Shown in pieces: positions 16,241-23,954 of a DNA stretch of 32,000 nt. The notes beneath the pieces are model-generated. The model was not told the DNA's origin, ran no database searches, and saw only the letters and a list, made by a program, of their open reading frames with translations. The DNA lies in NCBI GenBank assembly GCA_045568075.1, contig JBJLBP010000001.1, positions 1,290,001 to 1,322,000 of the forward strand, read 5' to 3'. The DNA is from Candidatus Thalassarchaeaceae archaeon (GTDB lineage Archaea > Thermoplasmatota > Poseidoniia > Poseidoniales > Thalassarchaeaceae). How positions within the stretch are numbered: position 1 is the first letter of the stretch; every line of letters begins with the position of its first letter. Made by a program: the position numbers and the translations under genes.

Positions 16241-16966
16241 GTGTCTTGGCTACCGTCACAGTCTGAATTCATTGATTGGGCAGAAGGATTCTTCACAGAA
16301 GTCTTTCCAACTTTGATGGCGATAATCGCGATCGCAGCATATTCTGGATTCGTATTCATGTTCTATCGATTGCTTGCACGTAGAGACATCTTAACGCTCG
16401 ATTTGAGCAAATATAATCACTCAAAGAGCGGACGAATACGCGCTTTTTTCAGCACTGGTATTTGGCTACTCAAATACGCACTGATGATTCCAGTCCTCAT
16501 CGCTTTCTGGACCCTCGTCATGGCCGTAATTCTCACCCTCCTTGCCGACGGAAATGACCACACAAGAAACGCCCTGATCGCCACCTCAGTGGTCGGTTCA
16601 GTGAGGATTCTCTCGTACTGGACCGAGGACCTTTCGCGCGATGTCGCGAAGATGCTTCCATTCGCGGTCCTCGGTGTATTCTTAGTTGGCTCAACCTCAA
16701 TCCAATTCAGCGAGTTCAATGATTTGTACAACAACCTCCCCGAACTCGCTGCGTCATATGTCAACAGCCTGATTCTTCTAGCGATTCTTGAGACCCTGTT
16801 ACGCATTGTCCATGGAATTCGTGAATTGGCGACTAGTCAACGTAGAGTGAATAAGAAGTTGAAGAAAATTTCGAAGGAGACCGGCCGCTCAAAATCTGAT
16901 ATTCGAGAGGACATGCTCGACGATGGTATCCTCAACAACAGCACAGATGACAATGGGTCTGAATGA
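16241..16966 (+). CDS. Membrane protein, unknown function (about 5 TM, Lys/Asp-rich C-terminal tail)
   Basis: 241-aa ORF with a GTG start (an internal ATG is possible), several hydrophobic helices and the tail QRRVNKKLKKISKETGRSKSDIRED. No family recognised. Confidence 0.5.
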   Translation: MSWLPSQSEFIDWAEGFFTEVFPTLMAIIAIAAYSGFVFMFYRLLARRDILTLDLSKYNHSKSGRIRAFFSTGIWLLKYALMIPVLIAFWTLVMAVILTLLADGNDHTRNALIATSVVGSVRILSYWTEDLSRDVAKMLPFAVLGVFLVGSTSIQFSEFNDLYNNLPELAASYVNSLILLAILETLLRIVHGIRELATSQRRVNKKLKKISKETGRSKSDIREDMLDDGILNNSTDDNGSE

Positions 16967-17052
16967 GGCGAGCAGAACTTGCTGCCGAGGTCGCGCTTAG
17001 TGGAGTCTCGGCGGGTGCAGGATTCACAAAGGGGCAGCGTCGCCGACAGGAT

Positions 17053-17127
17053 GGGCGCGTGGTGTAGGGGATATCATGCTGGCCTTCTAAGCCGGCGACC
17101 CGGGTTCAAATCCTGGCGCGCCCACCA
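17053..17127 (+). tRNA. tRNA-Arg (anticodon TCT), CCA encoded
   Basis: GGGCGCGTGGTGTAGGGGATATCATGCTGGCCTTCTAAGCCGGCGACCCGGGTTCAAATCCTGGCGCGCCCACCA. Acceptor GGGCGCG/CGCGCCC, anticodon stem CTGGC/GCCGG, loop CTTCTAA, T arm CCGGG-TTCAAAT-CCTGG, discriminator A. Confidence 0.9.
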
Positions 17128-17244
17128 CTTTCATTCACTTACAGCTGGGGACTAGTATTCTTACCAAGAAAAAGCAACTCTTGCTCACCGTCCCGTAGGG
17201 ACGCACCGTTTACATCAAATACACCGAGCAGGTCGGCGCGCTGC

Positions 17245-17352
17245 ATGAAGCGAGGTTCCCGTGCGTGGAAGAAGGCGGGGAAGCAGCGCTGGAAGTGGCG
17301 AAAGAAGAAGTTGCGTAGGCGTAAGGCCGCTCGTAAGCAAGCTCGACAATGA
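17245..17352 (+). CDS. rpl41e: Ribosomal protein eL41 (L41e), 35 aa
   Basis: Manual translation gives MKRGSRAWKKAGKQRWKWRKKKLRRRKAARKQARQ followed by TGA. It is extremely basic, and the W-K-K...R-W-K-W-x-K-K-x-L-R-R pattern matches the archaeal L41e family as I remember it. It falls below the ORF-track length cutoff. Confidence 0.7.
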   Translation: MKRGSRAWKKAGKQRWKWRKKKLRRRKAARKQARQ

Positions 17353-17402
17353 GCCTGATTCACCCCCTCCGCTATCGTTTTAGACCCTGACTTCAGACGT
17401 CA

Positions 17403-18281
17403 GTGGCTATGTTTGCAAATACGAGAATAGCTTGGAGCCCTACCCGTGGAAGACTCCTCGACAATTGTTCGAGGAGATACGTGCTTGAGCACGTAATAGG
17501 ACCGAATGACAAATTCGTCAAGAGGAAATCGAGAGTCAGAAGGCTAGGAGATTATGCTCGGTCCGGGCTAAGAGACGCCCTATTGGCACGTCTCGAGAAT
17601 TCAGATTCATCGATGAATGATCTTCGTCTGACGATTCATCGGAATATTCTGCGAGCGATTGTCGCAGGAGAAGTTCTGGAAGATCATCCTCATGGACAGG
17701 TCAACGAAGCCGTCGAGATGATGATGCATCGGCTTCGACTTTTCGAGGCGGCACCTCTTGTTGGTTTCAATCGCCGTTCTGCCGAAGAGGTGCTGGTCAT
17801 CGATCGATTGCAACCATTGCTTCTCGATGGGGCACGACAGTACGGCGCGCCCGATCTAATAGTGCGCAATGGCAGTAGATTGTGCCTCGTCCGCATAGCG
17901 ATGGAAATGCGTTCGCGCACACCTGACAGAGCAGGGGAATTGGAACTCGGCTCAATGCTGCTATGGGCCGAGAGAAACCCTCTGATTGAAGCTGACATCG
18001 ACGAAATCGATGTGGTCAGAATAGGCTGGCTCGGCACCCGTTGGGTCAAGTGGTCAAGGCGGGCCAGCAAAGAATGGGGTGCTCAGGCTCGCTCAATGAT
18101 TGCGATGGATATCGAACAGATGGCTCGATTGATGATATTCGATGGAAAACTCGAGGCGTTACCTAGATCGAGAAGTCGATGGCGTTGCTCGAACTGTGCC
18201 TTCAACGATGAATGCCCTGGTTTCGAGATCAGAGAGAAGAGACCAAATCGGCAACTACAGCTGCTGGGTCAGCTGCCTTAG
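17403..18281 (+). CDS. Cas4/RecB-like PD-(D/E)XK-fold protein with four-Cys (Fe-S type) ligand pattern; catalytic residues apparently not conserved
   Basis: 292-aa ORF. N-terminal SPTRGRLLDNCSRRYVLEHV and C-terminal CSNCAFNDEC (C...CX2CX5C) match Cas4/AddB nuclease domains. The central GAPDLIVRNGSRLCLVRIAM aligns by eye with G.iD.....vElK, but has R and A where E and K are expected. Confidence 0.45.
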   Translation: MAMFANTRIAWSPTRGRLLDNCSRRYVLEHVIGPNDKFVKRKSRVRRLGDYARSGLRDALLARLENSDSSMNDLRLTIHRNILRAIVAGEVLEDHPHGQVNEAVEMMMHRLRLFEAAPLVGFNRRSAEEVLVIDRLQPLLLDGARQYGAPDLIVRNGSRLCLVRIAMEMRSRTPDRAGELELGSMLLWAERNPLIEADIDEIDVVRIGWLGTRWVKWSRRASKEWGAQARSMIAMDIEQMARLMIFDGKLEALPRSRSRWRCSNCAFNDECPGFEIREKRPNRQLQLLGQLP

Positions 18282-18912
18282 TGACTCCACTGGCTAGCAG
18301 CACTCCGGTAGTACCAAGTTGGATAGCGGCAGCAACGTCAGCACCGTTTTTCACACCGGCACCGCACAAAATTCCAACCTGCTCGGAAATTTCTCGAACA
18401 GCCGCCGCGGTGCCGCTAACGATTGTAGGATCTGCGGTCGTGACCGAGATGTCTCCGCCAATCAATTCCGGCGGCTCAACGGCAACATAATCCGGCTCGA
18501 GTGCAGATAGAGCGCGGGCCTCATCGATATCAGCCGCGCACGCGCAAACAGTGAACCCTTCAGGGACTGAATCCAACAACATTGCAACATGCTCGATACT
18601 TACCTTGTGCTCAGCGTGATTGATTAGAGTTCCAGTTGCACCCCGCTCAACCGCGGTTGCAGGATGTAACCATCCAGTGTATGAGCCAAATCCAACAGGG
18701 TCTAGATGCTGGCACCAGACTTCTAATCCGGGGGCAGCGGCAACCACGGCAGACAGGTCGAAGGCTGAGACTGCGACGACCATGCGAGCATCTGTCTCGA
18801 CGCTAGCAATCGCCTTCGCGAGGCTTTCAGCACCGGCACCATGTGCAGTCTCGTAGGTCTTCAGATTGACCACGACTAGGGGCTGACTCACACCAATGCG
18901 AGTCGCAGCCAC
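18229..18912 (-). CDS. tpiA: Triosephosphate isomerase, archaeal short type
   Basis: 227-aa ORF. Motifs: VVVNLKTYE, GTLINHAEHK, VAVEPPELIGG, and CGAGVKNGADVAAAIQLGTTGVLLASGVTKAADP. GTG start. Its 3' end overlaps the convergent gene by 53 nt. Confidence 0.85.
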   Translation of the reverse strand: MAATRIGVSQPLVVVNLKTYETAHGAGAESLAKAIASVETDARMVVAVSAFDLSAVVAAAPGLEVWCQHLDPVGFGSYTGWLHPATAVERGATGTLINHAEHKVSIEHVAMLLDSVPEGFTVCACAADIDEARALSALEPDYVAVEPPELIGGDISVTTADPTIVSGTAAAVREISEQVGILCGAGVKNGADVAAAIQLGTTGVLLASGVTKAADPAAVVADLVSSL

Positions 18913-18964
18913 TCTTTGACGATGACGGGGATTAAACCAAGACCTAGCACTGATTCTCGGGTTT

Positions 18965-20278
18965 ATGGTCGGTGGGCCGCAATGGACTGAGGAGTCTCTA
19001 GGCCACCATTACCATGCAACTGGTAAAATCGACCTAGGTTGGCTAAATAAGCCTACAAGACATCAATTTAGGTGGAGGAGTTTGAAAGGTCCTTGGATCA
19101 CATCTAGGAGGAGGATTTCTTCCGGAGAATCACTTGTCAGAGATTTTGCCACTGCGATGCCAACTGATGTTTATGTCTCAACATCATCATGGCTAAATCC
19201 CGTGAATTTACCTCGACTAAAGGATAAGAAAAGACCTACTCCGATTCTACTTGACCACATGGTAGTCTTCGACATAGATATGAGGCCCTTTTGTAAGAAA
19301 AAACTGGATAAGGCAAGGGTCGCAACCTTAGAACTTAGAGAGTGGTTATTGAGTAATACCGACCTAGAAATTCAGCATGTTTCATTCTCTGGAAGTAAAG
19401 GATTCCATCTAATTGCAAATGACCCAGATAGGAGCGCGTTTTCTGAGCCCGATGCAGGAATCAGAGAAGAACTGGTTAGAGAGCAAAGAAAGAAATTACT
19501 GGATAGAGTGATTGCTGCGGGTCACCCTGTTGACCCCGTTGTTACTGCAGATACGCGTAGGATTATCCGAGTCCCAGGAACATTACACGGGTCAACAGGA
19601 TGGGTTTGTACGATTCTTGAGGATGATTGGTTAGAGATGCCAATCAGCGATTGGGTAGGAAAAATCCAGAGGCATGATTTGGCCTTGAAAATGCCAAAAA
19701 GACCCCCGTTTTCTTTACCTCGCTTGAAGCTCAAACAAAAATCAGTCTCAACACCAAAGAAATCTAAATCTGATAATGAGGAATATGTCAGCATAGAAGT
19801 TAGTAGCCACGTACAGGGAACAAAGGATAGATCGGCACTCGTAACATGGCTTCCTGCTAGGTGGGGCGAACCGATTGAAGCAGTAAATACGGCACAAGAA
19901 AAATTCGACAGGGAAAACATCGGACCTGTTGCTTATTGGTACGATGGAAGTAATGTTCTTGCAATTATTCCTAGAGCAATTCCAAGAGATTTCCTTCTCA
20001 GTAGATTATCCAAAATAGGACTAAAGAAATTTGACAATGACCTCCGAAGATTCGAACATTCTTGGATCAGAGTTTCCGGTAGAATGAGCGGGAAAGGCTG
20101 GGAATCTGAACTCGAGCCAATCACCGTATTGGGCTACGATGCCAGCGCAAGGTGTCAACATCCATGGTCATCTTCACATCTGGAATTGTGTAATCGTCTT
20201 GGCTTACCAATTAAAGTGGATTCTAGTGATTTAGCAGGCAACAAAGACGCGTCCATCAGAATCGCTGTCCGGCGCTGA
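18965..20278 (+). CDS. Archaeo-eukaryotic primase (PriS-like) catalytic domain with Lys-rich linker and ~180-aa uncharacterised C-terminal domain
   Basis: 437-aa ORF carrying AEP motif I MVVFDIDM (DxD), motif II FSGSKGFHLIA, and motif III TADTRRIIRVPGTLHGSTG. The N-terminal region DVYVSTSSWLNP resembles the PriS pattern. It lies in the low-GC block. Confidence 0.7.
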   Translation: MVGGPQWTEESLGHHYHATGKIDLGWLNKPTRHQFRWRSLKGPWITSRRRISSGESLVRDFATAMPTDVYVSTSSWLNPVNLPRLKDKKRPTPILLDHMVVFDIDMRPFCKKKLDKARVATLELREWLLSNTDLEIQHVSFSGSKGFHLIANDPDRSAFSEPDAGIREELVREQRKKLLDRVIAAGHPVDPVVTADTRRIIRVPGTLHGSTGWVCTILEDDWLEMPISDWVGKIQRHDLALKMPKRPPFSLPRLKLKQKSVSTPKKSKSDNEEYVSIEVSSHVQGTKDRSALVTWLPARWGEPIEAVNTAQEKFDRENIGPVAYWYDGSNVLAIIPRAIPRDFLLSRLSKIGLKKFDNDLRRFEHSWIRVSGRMSGKGWESELEPITVLGYDASARCQHPWSSSHLELCNRLGLPIKVDSSDLAGNKDASIRIAVRR

Positions 20279-20417
20279 GTTTATCGTCCGCGGGGTCAAC
20301 AGCGTATTGTCCCGAAGAAGGAGCCCGAGAGGGCAATGACTGCAACATGCTACGCATGTCAATCTACGGTACCTCATCGGCCGCGGCGCCGGGACAGCGC
20401 CGCGGTCACACTATTGA

Positions 20418-21161
20418 GTGATGACTATGGTAAGTGAGATAGAAATCCTCTTCGTCATAATCGTTTTAATTTATAGTGGAATTTGGGCGTTTATCAAGGC
20501 GGTAGATGATGAAACAGACAACAAATGGGTGTTCTTAGTTCCGGCAGGCGTGCTAGGATTAGGCATTATTTCAGAAAGTAGTGATAGCTGTGGTTTCATT
20601 ATTCTCATTCTTGCATTGGGCCCTATTGTAGTGATGCTGACAAAAGTTGGACTTGAGCAAGGCAAGGTGCCACAGAAGAGGAGTTATTCCTCGTTTGACC
20701 GAACCGCCCAAAGGAACCCCCAACCACTTAATCTCAACCGTGAGCTAGCTCCCTCTTACATTCGAGCCTATGACAGATTAATCGCATACATTGAGGCACG
20801 AGGAGGGGGCATTAAATCCCTAGAAGATGCAAGACAGAGGCTCGCAGAAATATGGAGTGTTCCCGAATCGGATGTGGGACGATTCTTAGACAGTCCCTAC
20901 GTGATCAAGGTGCTTGGCCTCAAAGAGGAAGTTGTTGAGGAAAAGAAAGAAGAAATCATCGGTGATGACTGGTGGGAAGAAGGTTATTCTGTCGATAATT
21001 CAGATGACTTGCCCAAAGCAAAAACCGGCCAAGAGTCTTGCGGGCATTCAGGTTGTGAAAATTCAGTCTCAGCATTTGACTTCAGGTGCTTTACTTGCCG
21101 CAATCGATTCTGTAGCGAGCACGCAGGATCTAAAATTGAGTGTAATGGATGCTCGAAATAA
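20418..21161 (+). CDS. Membrane-anchored protein (3 TM) with C-terminal AN1-like zinc finger
   Basis: 247-aa ORF with three N-terminal hydrophobic helices and an acidic linker. It ends in CGHSGC-x10-CFTC-x4-CSEH-x6-CNGC. This is close to the AN1 pattern C-x2-C-x9-12-C-x1-2-C-x4-C-x2-H-x5-H-x-C, including the F.C..C...FC..H core. Confidence 0.55.
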   Translation: MMTMVSEIEILFVIIVLIYSGIWAFIKAVDDETDNKWVFLVPAGVLGLGIISESSDSCGFIILILALGPIVVMLTKVGLEQGKVPQKRSYSSFDRTAQRNPQPLNLNRELAPSYIRAYDRLIAYIEARGGGIKSLEDARQRLAEIWSVPESDVGRFLDSPYVIKVLGLKEEVVEEKKEEIIGDDWWEEGYSVDNSDDLPKAKTGQESCGHSGCENSVSAFDFRCFTCRNRFCSEHAGSKIECNGCSK

Positions 21162-23948
21162 TCACAGGAATACACTCTTGCGATGGAAGGATGTTTTCGG
21201 AACTAGTCCAACTCTGTTGATTTCTGCTACCTGTTCCTTGCCCTTCTTGCTGTGACCATACATTATTTCACCCGGACTGACTTTCAAATTCCATTGGCTT
21301 TGGAATACCATTGCTTCCTCTTTATTGCGGCAAAGTACCTTTGGAACAGAATGAAACATGGACAGAGTATTTTTCTTCTTTCGAAAGTATTTCGCTAGGA
21401 CTTCGGGCATTAAATTGCTAAGCCAAGTATCACTGATTATTTTGACTTCTCTTGGAATCACATACCTTGGATTATCTAGTGGGCCCAGTATTTCTTGCAT
21501 TGCCTCAGCGAAGATTGCGGATTCTTCCTCAGTCGCATCCTCAAGGTAGGCTCTCATCCAGCCACCACTTCTGTCTCCACCGCCAACCTTAGCACCAAAT
21601 CCTATCAAGCCTAAATTTTGTAATGAGGTTGCAACTGCGTCAGAGATAGCTTGAATCAAAGATTCGTCAGTCCAGACTGTGACTCCTATAGAATTCGCAG
21701 GTGGGAAACCTCCTCCAAGATTTCCTTTGATTTCAACCGCTTCTCTAGGGACGGCATTGAAGGGCTTTCCAATCCCCCATAGTTCCCTTGTTCGGGGTCT
21801 ATTTCTGGCTCTCATCAACATTTCTTCGTTGAATATTTCCATAGTTTCGGACACTCCCTCCGGCTTAGCCTCGGTGAATGCTGGATGGACATGTCCTACC
21901 CCTTTCTCTATCGCACCATCGTCGCATACTCCGTAGAGCTGCTTGTGCTTTCTCTTGAATCTCAAATAATCATCAAAGCCTTTGGAAAATTCGTCAGCCA
22001 AACAAATAATATCCCAATTATTAGCTACTTTCTCTGGCCAAAGTTTGTCTAATCTAAACGATCTTCCTCTGAGTTGATTTATGCTCATGCTAGTGGTGAC
22101 CGTGGTCAAATCGATTAGTACATTGATGCGACTAGCGTCCCAACCTTCCCCTAGTAGACCCCTAGTTCCAACCAAGCACTTTGTGACTCCTTCTTGGAAT
22201 AATTCGGTTATCATCATGGTGTAATAACGAGGTAGCCAATCCTTGCCCTTACCTCTAATTTCGAAATAATCTCCCCGTTCAACATAATCGAACTTGATAT
22301 CGAGATTCCTTTCGAAAACCCACTGCTCAAATCGAGGAAATATCCTCTCCAATAAATCGTCATCAACCAATACGGTAGTTCCGGTCATCAATACTGGATC
22401 TAGCCTGTCGGTAGATTCCGACCCTAGAACTGCTCTGTAAGCGGCTACTGCACCTCCTGCTTCTTTATCCAACACTCCTTCAACCAAAGCAGTGGCAGAG
22501 GTTTTCTCAAAGTCAGTAACAATAACTGCTCTAATATCTGGCCCAAGAGCCTGCATTTCGGCAGTTAGAATGTTCTGTAGAGCATCGTACTTAGCAGAGG
22601 CGTAAGCCATTACTCGACCAACAGGAGATGCACACATTCTTGCGCCAGAACCCGTTATCTGGACACCTAGCATTCTGAGTTTTTTCTTTGCATCTTCAGC
22701 GAGGGCGTGATCTTTCTTACTCTTTGACCGCATCAAGCCATTTCTGATGTATCGATCGAGTACGGTAATCAGCGTATCCATACTACTTCCATCGGATGTT
22801 GTTGATTCCAAAGGACGAGGGACATCCTTCGGCAAGCTAAGCCCACTCGATACGAGGAATTCTCTTGCTGCATCAGCGAGGCGAGGGTCTCTCTTACGGA
22901 AGGAATCCCAATCTTTTGCTTTACCAGCTGGTAGGCTTAGTTCATCCAATACTCTAGCTAACCATACCTCAAGCCTAGGGATTCTTCCCTCTGGTTTCTC
23001 TGGACCTCTCTTTAGTTCGTCAAGTAAGTTAGCAAAGTCTTGATCGACATTTGCGATATATTTCAACTCGCCTTGTGAAGGGCGAACAAAGTATGCGAGA
23101 TCTTGGTAAGGAGACAAATTAGCATCCCTAACTAATGCAGGAACTGGAACTTCGTAATCAACCTCTCCAAATAGGTCGAGATAGCGATTTTCGGATGAGT
23201 CATCACCAGCCTCTGGAGGGGTTGCAGTCAGCCCCAATACGATTGGATTATCCAGAAATTCGACTATCTCAATTAGGACTCTACCCCAATGCTCCAATAG
23301 ATGATGGCATTCATCAAGAATGATGAGTCCAATGCCAACATCAGAGAGCTTCATCAGGTTGGCTTTTGCAGATTCATGCAACACCCAAAGCGCATTGCCA
23401 TGTTCAGATAGCGAATCTCTAACTTTCTTTCGATAATGGCCCATCCGATCTGAGTGATATTCAGGATTCTTTTCCTCCAAATCTACTATCCAAGAAATTG
23501 CACTTTCGCGATCTTCTGCTTCAACTATACCGTCACTAGGATCGGGGTCCATTAGACTGCTAATCCATAATTCCATGGCTGAATCATCGAGTTCCCCTCC
23601 ACCTCTTTTTGGCAAAGTAACCGATTGGTATGTCAGTGATGTGAGGATTCCTGGATTTTTGGGGTCAGTGCCAATTTCCGAAACCCTTCCATCGAGGTCA
23701 AAGAGTTCTTTGGCCCTCTCAACCCACTGAGCCTGTATTGCTGAGTTGGGGCTAAGCACTAAGGTTGGAAGTCTGACCAAATCTGACCAAACATACAACC
23801 CAAGTACTGTCTTTCCGGAACCTGGTGGAGCAACAATAAGTAATTCCTTTGAATTAGATTCTAATTCAGTCCTAATTATGCTTGATGAAGCCACTTGAGA
23901 TGGCCTCAGTTTTCCGGAAAATCGTATATTTCCGAAATCCTTTGCCAT
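21162..23948 (-). CDS. Superfamily-2 helicase (ResIII/DEAH-type core) with ~290-aa uncharacterised C-terminal region
   Basis: 928-aa ORF. Motif I APPGSGKT, Ia LVLSPNSAIQAQW, II LIILDECHHL, III LGLTATPP, V-VI region LLGEGWDASRINVLIDL and INQLRGRSFR. The start is 6 nt after the upstream nucleotidyltransferase stop. The stop abuts the convergent AN1 gene's stop. Confidence 0.8.
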   Translation of the reverse strand: MAKDFGNIRFSGKLRPSQVASSSIIRTELESNSKELLIVAPPGSGKTVLGLYVWSDLVRLPTLVLSPNSAIQAQWVERAKELFDLDGRVSEIGTDPKNPGILTSLTYQSVTLPKRGGGELDDSAMELWISSLMDPDPSDGIVEAEDRESAISWIVDLEEKNPEYHSDRMGHYRKKVRDSLSEHGNALWVLHESAKANLMKLSDVGIGLIILDECHHLLEHWGRVLIEIVEFLDNPIVLGLTATPPEAGDDSSENRYLDLFGEVDYEVPVPALVRDANLSPYQDLAYFVRPSQGELKYIANVDQDFANLLDELKRGPEKPEGRIPRLEVWLARVLDELSLPAGKAKDWDSFRKRDPRLADAAREFLVSSGLSLPKDVPRPLESTTSDGSSMDTLITVLDRYIRNGLMRSKSKKDHALAEDAKKKLRMLGVQITGSGARMCASPVGRVMAYASAKYDALQNILTAEMQALGPDIRAVIVTDFEKTSATALVEGVLDKEAGGAVAAYRAVLGSESTDRLDPVLMTGTTVLVDDDLLERIFPRFEQWVFERNLDIKFDYVERGDYFEIRGKGKDWLPRYYTMMITELFQEGVTKCLVGTRGLLGEGWDASRINVLIDLTTVTTSMSINQLRGRSFRLDKLWPEKVANNWDIICLADEFSKGFDDYLRFKRKHKQLYGVCDDGAIEKGVGHVHPAFTEAKPEGVSETMEIFNEEMLMRARNRPRTRELWGIGKPFNAVPREAVEIKGNLGGGFPPANSIGVTVWTDESLIQAISDAVATSLQNLGLIGFGAKVGGGDRSGGWMRAYLEDATEEESAIFAEAMQEILGPLDNPRYVIPREVKIISDTWLSNLMPEVLAKYFRKKKNTLSMFHSVPKVLCRNKEEAMVFQSQWNLKVSPGEIMYGHSKKGKEQVAEINRVGLVPKTSFHRKSVFL

Positions 23949-23954
23949 TCTCTC

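Noticed and set aside
17139-17363. 74-aa minus-strand ORF from the track (MNQAHCRACLRAALRLRNFFF...)
   Set aside because: It lies exactly antisense to the eL41-like 35-codon gene. Its Arg/Phe-rich composition is what the reverse complement of a Lys/Arg-rich gene produces, and no motif supports it.
17053-18964. tRNA-Arg as the integration target of the low-GC block
   Set aside because: About 1.8 kb of high-GC housekeeping genes (eL41, tpiA) separate the tRNA from the compositional boundary. No partial tRNA duplicate was seen at the far end.
20416-20422. GTGATGA resembling a C/D-box sRNA C box
   Set aside because: It coincides with the GTG/ATG start region of the AN1 gene. No appropriately spaced CTGA D box or terminal stem was found on the same strand.
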